From NCBI GenBank assembly GCA_049724395.1, contig JAUGWO010000012.1, positions 62,001 to 126,000 of the forward strand: DNA of 64,000 nucleotides, written 5' to 3'. This DNA is from Spongospora subterranea f. sp. subterranea (lineage: Eukaryota). This document shows, in pieces, positions 51,881 to 64,000 of this stretch (within the stretch, counting starts at the first letter, position 1; every line of letters begins with the position of its first letter). Under the pieces are notes generated by a model. It ran no database searches. It worked only from the letters and a program-made list of their open reading frames with translations, and was not told the DNA's origin. Position numbers and translations under genes: made by a program.

Positions 51881-54800
51881 TTATTCTCTACGTTTTGTCG
51901 AAGACCATTGGGTCGCTGTAAGCGATCTTATTTTCTGACTGTATCCTTGGGCCTTAAGGATATCCAACAGCGTCTGGTACGTCGATGGTCTGTCGAAACA
52001 GAGTATTAAATCTCTCTCACAGCGAATATCTGTAGCTATCATCATATCGTTTTCTGGTGCCTCCACTGCCACTAAATGAATGCAGTCGTACCTAAGCGAC
52101 AATACGTCATTCAGCTAATCTTGATCCACATCATTCACGATTTTCCTACCGAATATCCACATCTGTGACCAGAATTTTGGAGATGGTCACGCTTTTGTAA
52201 ACGGTCTGGAACACCCTGATCGGATGCTCAGAGTGTTTAGATGCATACAGGCAAATCGTGGATGGGTATCCTGTCGATAATATCCCGAAATAGCTCACGA
52301 ATGTGCTTGTTCCACGGATCAGTAATGATCCAGAATACGCTGGCGTTTTCCCGTTCAACAATTTCGCCATTGCCGCAGGACCTAGAAGTGAATTCAGAGC
52401 ACTGACGAACTTCCTCTGAACACCGTCACCAGAATTCTGTGGATCAGATGCGTTCAATGCGCGGAGACGATAGTAGCCCGCCTCGGTGTTCTCGAAATAT
52501 TCGAAGTTTTTCGTGTTCTGAATGGCGCTGAAGTCGATCAAACGCTGCGCCAATTCCTGAGCATTGTCCTCGGCTTTGGCCATGGAAACTGGGTCAGGCG
52601 AAATGTCGTCCGTGCTCAACAGGAACTGAATCAACGAGTGAGCGCTGATCAGATTCGCTTCCCTCTGTCAACGGATTTACTGTTCGCCCACAACGGAATG
52701 CAGGTTCGTGAGTTTACCTGAAACGCTCGATCTGTCACTAATCTGTGCAATAGCTCGTTGATGAACTTATGGTCTTCGACCACAATCGTGCTCAATGTGA
52801 GCACTGCAACATCGGACGTTGCCATCCTGTCAACATAACTTCCCACTCTGTAGAACTGGAGCGCGTCCGCGAACTTCTCTGCTGTGGCGCCATCGTCGTC
52901 CTCGTTTACCGACCGAATCATTCCTGGGAAATTTCGAACGCCATTCTCAGAACGATATCTGATCCCAAAAATTTGCTGATACTTGCCTTTCTCCAGCAAC
53001 GCGATTCCAATTGCAACAGCGTCTTCGCGATTATCAGCATACCCTAATCGTTAACTCAACGCAAGCCGGGGAGACGATCTGGTAAGGGGTCCTGGGAACC
53101 TTTGTTGATCACCCAGTTGACCAGTTCCGATCCAACAAAACACGCCTCGTACAACGTGAAGTTGTAGGTTCTGTTGGCGATCAGTCGCGTCTCCTCGATT
53201 TTCTCGATCACCTCTTGCAGCGTCTGCTGCATGCTGCGCTGGGTCTTGTCCAGACGCTTGACGCGCTGCGCCGCCAACAGCCTCATTCTCTCACCGAATA
53301 TCGGATACAACCTGGTGCCAGATATTAAACAAAGTTTCCACCCACACCTCATCACCAATCATACGTGAACATGTGCATTAATTTTGTTTTCGATATAGAG
53401 AGCGCATGGCAGCACGTCTCGGCTCGAATCGACGCGCGTCTGATCGGCGAACTGGTGAGCAGAGCGCATTCACCAAAGAAAGACCCAGTTCCGATCAACT
53501 ACAAACACCAAACCCGTCAACGAACAACACCCGTTTCCACACAGCAATATTCGCATTCAGACTTTGAATGGTTTCGTGGAGATATCTTCATCCAAGATAA
53601 CGGATAATACCCCTCTCGTGACGAAATACATCTTCCCGTTCGTCATCTGACCCCGGCGAACCACGAACTCAGACGCCGGAAACACCTTCGGCGAAACGCT
53701 CAGCGATCAACGTATATTTTGAACTTTTCATGACTATCACCTCGTATTCAAGATTGGGCATGAAATCGTAGATGAACCGGTCGGATACGCCCTGGAATAT
53801 CGGCATGTTCTTGATCACATTCCGGCACAGTTCGATCATGATCTTCGTGCGCAATGACGACGGCAACGCCTGCAACGCTTTCTTCGGGACAATCCCTCTC
53901 ATGGTCGACCAGACGCTGTCGAAATACACTCGCGTACGATCCTTCAGATCCTGCAATCAACACACGTTGCGTTTAGATCCTTCTGTTTCAACGAACTTTC
54001 GTCAACTTTTCAGAAAAGGCAAGCGTTCCCAACGTTGTTTGTTTGTTCAGTTTTCTCTGGTTTCGTCATTTTACGAGCAGAACGTTCGTCAACCGGAATT
54101 ACGGTGAGTGTTCGTGGGGATAACAACAACGTTGGGTTCTTGTGTCTGGTTAATGAACTTACTTCTGGGGCGTTGGTGAACTCCAAGAATCGCATAGCGG
54201 ACGCCATATCTCTGGAGAAGCTGCCTTCGAGCGAGTTTCGTTCGGTGATGTAGGATGCGAGGGAGGCGATGCAGACGGCCATCATCAGGACCCCGATCAT
54301 GTACATCAACATCGCCATGATCTATACCCAGGGGCGGCACACGTTCTCAATAATCCCATCGTGGTGGCGACCCAGTCGTCGCCAACAAAGCAACGCCGAT
54401 CACCATTTGCCCATTGGTCCTCGGGTCGAGGCCGGTGCCGCCCAGACCCGTTAGCGCATTGATCACCAGGATCAACGATTGCGTGTAGGTCAGCGACAGC
54501 GACGACGCTTCCGGAGGGAACGCAAAACTGTGCAGCATCGTCATGACGTGCGTCAACAGGACGAACTTGAACATGACGCTCGTGAACATCAGTAGCGCGT
54601 TCGATTTTAGAAAACGATGGTTACGGAAGACGATCGCCGTCACGGTTTCTAGGCGGAAATCAGTTCCCCCCAAGCCGGTTGCAAAACCGTTCTCGAACCT
54701 AAACGTAAAAAGCGAATCGAGCGCATGTAGACGTTCAATGCAACACCTGAATCGGAAGAAAACGGTGAGGTGTGTCGGTGCTGGAATTGGATTTGTTGCC

Positions 54801-57800
54801 GCTGACCGTTGATCGAGATTCCGAAGACGAACCAGTCGATCGGCATCGAGGCGGCGGCGTGGATCGGCAGATGAGCGCGGTGATAGCGTTGGATGGCGCT
54901 CGCTTGGGCCTCTTCCGACGCGTCCGCACGATGTTCTCCTGAATTCGATATTCGGTGTCAGATGCGGGTTTGGCAGCAGAAGTTTGGAGGGCGGAGAATA
55001 ACCGCTCAATGCTAGAGGATACAGCGAACGGATGACGATATCGACCACGAGGACGATGTCGAACAGGACGTCGAACAGAATGAAGGCCCAGTGATTGGCT
55101 TGGGCGTTGAGGGCCCCGGCGCGGATCGGGACCACGACGAAGTTGTAGAGGATGGTGACGATCAGGAGCAGCTCCCAGTGTCGAACGATGGCGATTGAAG
55201 ATGGCAACGCTGAGCGCATTGGGGGTCAGTACAATTGTGATCCACACGATTATTGTCACAACACTCGCGAACCTGTGTCGACATCAGGTAACAGCCGGAA
55301 TTGGGATCCGATGGAGCTCTTTCGGCTACCATAAACGTCGGGCATGGGTGTCTCGGATGTTCTCCTGGACGACCACCACCGAGAACAACAATTAGAAACA
55401 GGTCCCAGCTTACCGACAATCGTCGAATTGTTCCAAGTGTTTGTCGCAGAGCAATCAATGGCGATGTTGTTGTTTGTGTTCTCTGATGTTGTGTCATTGT
55501 TCACCTTCCATAGTGGTCGATCCCCTTCTCCATCATATCAAAGGCGTCGTCATCCTCCCTGCCCCTGCTATTGTCGTCGGTTGGCGGCGGCGGGTCAACA
55601 CGATCCGAGTTCACGACGGGCGACTGCTCCGAGGGCGATGCTTCACCGTCCTCTGCCCTCAACTGCCGATTGTGATCGTTCAGATTTCACTGCCCCAGGT
55701 TGGTTGTCAACGAGAGGCGTTGCTCGTACCTGGTCCATGGTGCCCGTTATCGACCCGATCTGATGTTTGTGTGGATTTTCGGAATCGCCCCCTTCATGAT
55801 TCATCTGATCGTCGTCCTCGCTCAGATGTCTCATCTGTTTCGCCGTTCGGATTACTGCACAGTCAGGGTGAATTCCAGAGAGTTGCGCTAATCGTGCTGA
55901 AGAATGTTTTCCAAACTGGAACTTGGCGAAAGTACGCGTGAAAACGCAGCAAGCGACCGCCAGGGAATACTGGAACTGTTCGGAACAGAAAATGGCTGGA
56001 ATCAATCGATTCGAAATCAAACTCAAGATCAGAACGACGAGGGGAATTATCTTATCATCGTTCGAAAACAACGAATCGAGTTGGATTGATTTGGCGGAAA
56101 ACACAAACGACTGAGAACACAAAATATGACATGCTGATTCCGTTGATCTGACATATTTGTGCATCAGCGGGATAGACGTCGATCAATGTTTTCAGGTTGT
56201 CGCGCGTGAACTCGAACAGGTTGCAGAAGGTCCTGGCCCTAATGGTGATGGGTGGAGGCAGCTCTAGGAACACCTGCATCTCCCCAAACGCGTCCCCGCT
56301 CACCAACGAGCTCATCGCCTATGCGATAGCAACATCCCCCAACTTTAGCCAACGCCGATTCCGCAAACACCCCCAACCAAATTCTCCAGAACGATTGTTG
56401 TTTTAGAACAAAACAAACAGATAATTTCAGTGTTTGGTGTGGACAACCCGCTACCTGTTCATGGATTGGATTCAATACGTCTAGTTCCCCCTGCTGAATG
56501 AAATACATCGACGGGATCATGACGCCTGAGAAGGCGCGAGTCAGTCCCGCACGACAACAATTCACGATTCGGTGGGGCGTGGGGATTTACCAGCGTGGAT
56601 GATGATCTCTCCCGGGGCGCACACGCGCGGCGTCAACATGTTCAAGATCGCCGCCAATGCCGATTGATCGATCTGGCTGAACATTCGGCAGCGAACGACG
56701 ATCCCTTCCACGAGGAACATCTTCAACAGCGGCCAGTGAGGTTTTTCGGGGGGGGGGGCGATGGGTGTCGGGAACAAACCTGGATGTCTTGGGCGATCGA
56801 CGACGGCAGCAGCTGGATGATGGCCTGGCTGTCGTTGCCGCGCTCCGATTGCCAAACGTACGAGAAGTACTCCTGCAGCGCGACCTGGAGCTGGCGAGGC
56901 AGGCCCTGATCGCGCACGAACGTCGTGATATAGGCGATACGGCTCTAACAATCGTCAACAAACACAAACACACACAATATCAATTCAAAACCGCCAATGA
57001 TCAATTGCTATTCGTGTTTGGTCAAAAACTCGACTGGCAAATTCCCCCAAACTCGATTGTTTCTGTGGTTTTCAGACATGGGATAACGGGTTCGATGGAG
57101 AACATCTTGATATGATCGACCGAATTCCGGCGTTTGTTTGAGACAAATATTCGAATCGCTCAGGTAAAACAGTTGAAAACAATCGTAATTGGATCTAAAT
57201 GCTGTGGACAGGTTTAAGAATATATCGTGGGGTGGGAGGGCGTTGAAAAGGGTGAACAGGTGGTTCAGACGATCCCGCAATGGGAGGAGTTGATGATGAT
57301 GATGGTGAAGGCGGAACCGACCTGAAACGCCGACTCGACTGCGTTCGAGGAGACGACCAGGGAGACGGCCGTACTGACGATATAGATTGAGAACAGCGAC
57401 GACGATAGAATATAGACGATACTGAACGTCGCCTGAGCGCGTAAAACCCGTTAGATGATCGGTTTCCCAAACCCGTTTTGGTGGTGTTGTTGAGCTGTGT
57501 GTGTTCAGACCTCGTAAATATTATCGGGAACGAGATAGTGAATCCCTCGACCCGACATTTGCGTCGTTGTCCAATACAGTGCCCGAATGTATTGCGATAT
57601 CGTCGGCAGATCCTCGATCGAGCGCGATAGTTTCCAGCGATCGAACGTGTGCAGCTCTTGACCTGACAAGCCATGAGCGCGGGGCGATCGAACGGTGGGG
57701 GGAGGGCAACACCTAATGCGAACCAGGTACAGGCGGCGAAATGGTTCAGGAACATGGTGAACATCGCCAGCTTCGTCAGACGAACGAACACGATGTTGAC

Positions 57801-59313
57801 GCCCGGCTGATTCTCCATCGAGTTCATCAGGTCTTTGGCGCCGCAGAACAAGATCAGGGTGGGCGGGGACAAACGACACACAAAACGGGTTTCCGCTCAC
57901 CGAGAATGTGGACGGCGCGAAGCAGACGTGGGAGTCGCGCCGCCGGCACGATTTCATGGGCGGGAATCTGCAGGGCACACAATTGTCAGTTCATGATCAA
58001 CAGAACCCCTCGAACGCGCCTTGTTCGTTGTCGTATGGATTCGACCCGACCAAACCACAAACACAGGCGGGAATAGTTTCGGTTTGTTGATCAATCGGGT
58101 CACAGAGAATCAATCAATATGGTGAAACCGACTCCAAATGAAATTAACAGAGAATAGAAACGATTTCGAGTTTGTCGTTGATAAGAAAATCGATCGGCGG
58201 TGAGTTGGAGGGAAACTGGAGAAAGGGAGGACCTGGATGAGATCTAGGGGAATTGAGGCGCATATGTCAATGGGCAACCAGGATCTGCGATAGCGGATGG
58301 CGATTGTCTTCAGATTGAGGACCTTTCGCCCCCGAACATAGATCCCGAAATGGTGATTCAGGTAGATATCGACGATGAAGATCAGGTCGGTGAACAGGTC
58401 GAAGAAGAACCAGAACCCGATCGTGTTGTTCAGCAATCTGATGGAAAGGCGAGTTCAGGGGGCGTTGCGCTGTCGGAACGACGGGTGTTCCCCCTCCCAG
58501 ACCGACCCGAACGACATTCGAAACGGGATCACGACGAGATTGTAGACGGTGATGAGATAGACGATCGCCAACCAGTACGTGACGAAGGGGGAATCGGGCG
58601 ATATCACCCAATCGTGGGAACGGCCCGGGCCCTGATCGCGCGTCGTCATCCAAGGCAGCACATCCACCTCCGGGTCGAGCAGGTCCAGGGAATCGCTGCG
58701 ATCCGCGCGCGCCACCCGCTTGTTCCTGCGCTTGCGTAGCGCCAGCTCCTTCTTGGACAGGTCGGCGGTCGGGACCTGTGTTGGGACACACAAGACGATG
58801 CTGAAAAACGACGACCATGACCCGTTGCCGAATCGCATTTACTTGTTCTCCAACCAAACGCGACGGGGCCGGATCCGATTCCCCAATCCGATTGGGCAGA
58901 TCGAACTGACGGAAATCGTCGTCGCTGGCGGGCAGTGGTCGTGGGCGATCACTACGACCGACAGGAATACTCTGATATCGTTATCAGTCATTGATCAGTT
59001 GGCGATGAATCTCTCAACAAAACGGGGGCGGGATTCGCACCGATTCGGCGGCGTCGTCGTCCATGTCGTTGTCGTCGCTGATTTGTGTGGGCATGTCGGT
59101 CTCATCGTGCTCGTTGTTCAGGTCGTCGTCGATTGTCTCCTCATTCAGTATATGGAGTGGATACGCCCAAACACCTCGGCCTATCCAAATCCCACAATCT
59201 CGTGTCAGCTCGCGCCAAAACTGGATCATCGTCCTACGCTGCCGCTGTTGGGGCGCATATCGATCCCGCGATCTGGTCGCCGATTCCTTCCCCCGTCGTG
59301 GATTATAGTCCAT
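51881..59313 (-). CDS. two-repeat cyclic-nucleotide-binding-domain ion channel (CNG/KCNH/HCN superfamily) with C-terminal DEP, DEP-like and PH-like domains
   Basis: Repeat 1: ISPDSPFVTYW, FIVDIYLNHH, WLPIDICASIPLD, NHFAACTWF, QYIRALYW, FGEMQV. Repeat 2: WELLLIVTILYN, TQSLILVINALTG, LPSSLRTKI, FFGECALL. Tail: NRTYNFTLYEACFVGSELVNW. That all exons form one gene is inferred from compatible-looking splice sites. Confidence 0.85.
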
Positions 59314-59809
59314 GACGGAAACAATATCGGGCAGGAACCCACAAACCAAACACGAAACGAACCAGGGAAACCCCCCCGTCCCGGTTCAAGTGCAGTTATG
59401 GATGGAAATCTGTTCCCCCAATATGGCGTAATATTGCCCAACACAGTCGGGTAATTGACCATCTCTCTCAGGTCACAGAGCCCGATTAGCGCCATTTGCC
59501 TCGCCCCTCCCCCCAACGCAATCCGGGAAACAGGTGACGGCCCCTCCTTGAAAGAAACTCGTCGGGCCGATGGTGAGTTTGATAGAAGATGACGCCATTG
59601 ACCCCCCCCCCCTGGGCACTTCCTGATATACAGACGGAACACTCAGGGGTCAAAATCTCATCTAAATCGTAATTGTTTTGTCGTCGTGTGCGGGTCAGAA
59701 AGGGGGTATTCGTGACAAAATCGCGCCCAATGATAAAAAACAAACTGTTTTGGTGATTCCGTGGCGATGAGTGAGGGGGTTAGAAACTGTGGGTTTATTG
59801 TCGGGGAAA

Positions 59810-62800
59810 CTAGACGAGCTGTTGCTGCCTGGCCAGCTCGAGGAGCATCGGATTGTCGAAGAACTTGTTGACGGTGACGTCCTCGCTCAGCCCCTTCCGT
59901 CGCCGAGTCTTGATCATGAACTCCCGTGCCAGGGCGGGCGGCGGCGACGGCTCCAACGGGTGCAGAACCACTGTCTTGTCGAGCGGATCGCCGGGGACGA
60001 TCTCCCAGTGATCGAACACCGATAGACAGAACGCCTGCCCCTGCGTGTGCGTTCGTAGATCGGTCTCGAACCTAGCTCAAGACAACTTTAAAATCGTTCC
60101 GAACACCTTCTCGTGTTGCTCAGCAAACGTACCCGAACGAGTCGATAACGGGGACGAACGCGTGGACATCGAATAAAGGCGTTCCAGGTTTGGGCAACTC
60201 CCTGGTGACATGGCCCCGACGACGCGCCAGGACTTTGTAGATCCTGAACGACATCAGAAACAGACCCGTCAATGAGACAGAAGGCGGTGGGAGAGCTAGC
60301 GTTGCCCGGGAACGTTACGCGCTAATGCAGTCGGCAGGCGTCTGGATCTGAACCGAGTAGATTGGCTCCATGAGCCGCGGCGTCGCCAGGAGGAACGACG
60401 AATACACGACACGACGAGCGGTGGGAATGATCTGACCGGCCCCTGAGATTATCAAGTCGATACCGCCGAACACACAGGGACCGGAACCGAACAAAAAAAA
60501 ACAAAAAACGCACCTCTATGAATGGCCTGTTCGGCGATGTTGGCGTCGATGATCTTGAACTTGACGTTGCGAATCGGTTCATCGCATAAGGGCCCTTCAC
60601 GAGTTCCCCATTGGAATCCCTGAACGATGGACGGTTTCACACTGTACAGCAGGCGCTTCTCGCCCTCGTCGGACAGCGTATCGTCCATCAGGATATTGGG
60701 CCCATTGGTATCGGGACCGAATGACCACACGGTTCTGGCCGCCAAAACGTCCCAGTTGTATTTTTCCTAACAGGCCGGTGAATATTCGGTTGCGACGCGA
60801 ATTGCTGAGAATTACTTGGAAGAACGCAGCAACCGAGGCTTTGTCGACCGAAAGCCTGATCGTACCAGTCTCAATGTCCTGCGCTAATCCTTGGTCTAAC
60901 GGTTCGGCGATCATCGTGATCTTGGACTTCCCTAACGAGAGTTCGCTTTATCAGATTATCCGGTCAACGCAACAACAACGGGCACGAACCGTTCGGCGTC
61001 TCGGCGAAACAACGAATCGACGATGTGTCGATGACGGTCTCCGAGAAAGACGCGACCGGATCCGCCACCTTAATCTCGATATCGGCATACCTAACGTGAA
61101 ATTCAGGCAACTAAAACGCGTTGAAGAAACTGCAATTTTGAACAGAACATCGTGAAAACAGAACTGTCACAGAAACCAGGAACGCATTGTGGAAACTGTT
61201 TTACATTTTGCGAAGGTCGTGAAGAACGCAATCGAGATAGAGTTCACCGGTTCCGAGAATGATGTGTTCGCCGGACTCCTCGATCTTCGTGTGCGCGAGC
61301 GGATACGATTTCCCGATCTTCCGCAGGGCGTCCAACATCTTGGGCAGCTCCGACGGGTTGATTGGCTCAATCGCCACTTTAACGCAAGCGATCGTGTCGA
61401 ACCTGACCGACCAAGGCGTCAGACGGAGTCTCGTGATTTTGAGAAATCGATGTCAATACGATAATGGGCGGAAAGTTTCCGCGTCGTGAACCGCAGCCGT
61501 TGTGATTGTGGCGGTCTTGCTGATGGCCGCGTCCAACCCCTCGAACAGAGCCCAATTGCCAGCGCAGACGCGATTGACATTGACACGATATCGGGACTCG
61601 TAGACCTGAAAAAATACACCGCCAACAACGTTAGATCTGGTGAATCAGATCATGGTGATCGAAGCCCAGTCACAAAATAACAGACGACACGCAAATCGGC
61701 GAGACAAAAAATTGTTTCAAATATCGTATTGGAAAAACGTTGAAGACAAAACATCGGCAAATGTTTGCTGATCAACAAATCATGACGGGGCGACGTTTCA
61801 AATCAACACAGAAGCCGATGAACTTAAGAATATTCTGTGCGATCAAGGAACCGAGAGACGACGATGGCGATTTGTAGATGAGATTACCCAGATTTGCGAT
61901 ATATTGCAGGTGCTCATATCCTCCTGATCCGATAATGTGTAGCCGGCGCGAAGGACCTGCACCGAATCCCCAACGCGGATCGTCCCGCTCATGACGCGGC
62001 CGAACGCGTCGAACTGCGACCCGTCCGATCGCGGATAGAGCTTGGTCACCATGATCATGAGCGGCCCGTTCGGGTCGCATTCGATCAGGCTCTGGCCCAC
62101 CGATGTGGTCACATCCCCAGTATAACTGTTCTCCACTTTCAGCTTCGCCCCGCCCACCTGAAAAAACACAATTCGTAAAAAAGCGCTTCTTTGTTGAAAA
62201 TACAGCTGAATTCAACAACGTGAAGAAATGATTTTAGCTGTTCAGGTTTGAGGAGATACGGAGAAATCGCGAAAAGAACAAAATAGATTGTGAAGCAGTG
62301 TGCGAATGCGTCGAAATCGAGGGAAATTGTGGACGATGAGCGTTCTTACAGGGGAAGGAATGCGGTCCACAACAGCGTCGACGAACCCGGTGGAACTGCC
62401 GAACAGCTTGGCGAATGTCAATCTGAGGAGCGGGCGCGGGTCCAGAAGCAGCTCCTTCTTCTTGAGGAAAATGCCCAATTCGCCCAGCAATGGCGCCACA
62501 TCGCGAATTTCACACCCAAGAATATGGCTAAGAACACGACCAGCTCGATCAGCACACAAAACACCACCCCATTATGATGAAGAGAAAAATATATAGTTTG
62601 AAAACCGGGACCTTTTTCAAATCATTGAAAAAAAACTTCAATTTCAACGAAATTTGAGAATGATTAGGAAATAGGGGCGAATACCTGTATATTTTATAAA
62701 TCGGTTCGAGAATAAATTGAACAAAGGTGCGTTCTTTGGCGGTATCGCTTGGTTTGTTGACTATCGACCCCGATTCAGAATCGAGATAGTAATCGCCCCA

Positions 62801-64000
62801 GAGGCGTTTGGCAAAACCCATCGCCGAGAATTTGGACGATTTCGATCCGTTCTGTCGCGATCCGTACAGCGTCGCGAACGACGGCAATGTGAATGACCTA
62901 AACCCCAATATCGAATCGCATTCCAACATATTCCACAGACAACGCGAACTGACCATGAATAGAGGGCGGAGGCGAAGACGACGTTGCCGGACGCGGGGCA
63001 CATTCGGTCACGATAACCACAGCCTACGAGAACGCTGTTCACTTCCTCGATCGTGTGAACGAGTTTGTGATAGGCATCGGTTGGGGGCAGTTTCAGCTCC
63101 AAAAGCAATCGATCGACTTTGTTGATCACCAGAATAATCGGGAGATTCTCCTGAACATTCGACGATAAATCGACGTTGGTTTCGATGAACACGGTGAATG
63201 AACAGTTGGGACCTGGGCGGCGCATTTGAGGACGCGCTCGGTTTGGACCATGACGCCTTCGACGGCGTCGACCAGGATGATGACGCCGTCGGCCAGGCGG
63301 AGCGCCGCCGTTGTCTCGTCGCTGAAGTTCACGTGCCCGGGGCAATCCATGATGTTCATGAGATAGGACTTCCCGCGTAACGATGGCAGAACCAACGACA
63401 TCGGCATACACTTCACTGATAAACCCAGTTCTTGTTCGTCTGATCCAAAAACACAATCCAACGTCAATGACTCTTGGCAAACAACAAAATCGGCAAATTC
63501 AATGGAAAACGACATCAAAATTCAAAACAATCACGTTATTGAAACAAACAATGGTCATCGCCACCGAGAACATGAAACGATGACAGAGCCGTTCGGGATG
63601 AAGTACCTTTGCGATTATCGGTGAACCTAACCTGGACCTGTGGATCCCAGAACCGGGTGTGCGTCTCGCGAACCAGCATGTCCATGAACGACGTCTTCCC
63701 ATGATGCAGGTGCCCGACCAGCGCCACGTTCCTGATCATAGTCGGGTGATCCATCAACCCTACACCACAGATCACGCGACGAACACACGATTTCAGAAAA
63801 AAACCGAAAACACGAACAACACCCGAAATCGTAGGACAATAACGCGTTTCCTGTCAGCGTAGAACCGACCACCTAAGGGGATTTTAAACAAACGCACCTG
63901 TAAGAAATTTCCATTCAAATGTGGTTTGCTGATAGGCGTCCGCGTCTTGCAGCTCGAAATTGTTGACCTTGATTGGGGCGATGATCGGGGTCTCCAACGG
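59810..64000 (-). CDS. EFTUD2: U5 snRNP 116 kDa GTPase (Snu114), 3' part, runs off the right edge
   Basis: [81 protein letters not shown]. Confidence 0.98.

Noticed and set aside
58720..59454. 244-aa plus-strand ORF and similar antisense ORFs over the channel, EFTUD2 and CFAP52
   Set aside because: They are shadow frames of GC-rich exons on the opposite strand and show no motifs.

Overview
Gene-dense eukaryotic DNA with many short GT-AG introns (about 40-70 nt in the left 50 kb, longer on the right). Axonemal genes (CFAP52, a CFAP99-like gene) indicate a flagellated organism; a plasmodiophorid-type protist is my inference, not shown directly. Recognisable genes, left to right: VPS13B-like (5' part), CaMK-family kinase, THOC3, CFAP99-like, a PARN-like protein lacking its catalytic residues, RNR small subunit, EXPERA-like and LtrA-like membrane proteins, CFAP52, BRCA2, a stand-alone Par3/HAL-N domain protein, a Cid1/GLD-2-type nucleotidyltransferase, a PA-domain protein, RECQL4, a two-repeat cyclic-nucleotide-domain ion channel, and EFTUD2 (3' part). 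Mobile DNA: two pogo-type elements with TIRs and TA duplications (one intact and inserted in the PA-domain gene), a DD39D mariner and a Ty3/Gypsy relic. There is also a 58-bp tandem array and a long inverted duplication. Best candidates for something new: the tandem channel with non-canonical pores and a DEP-DEP-PH-like tail, the PARN pseudo-nuclease, and a pogo transposase with an OTU-like tail. All family calls come from motif recognition by eye and exon joins were inferred manually; no database searches were run.
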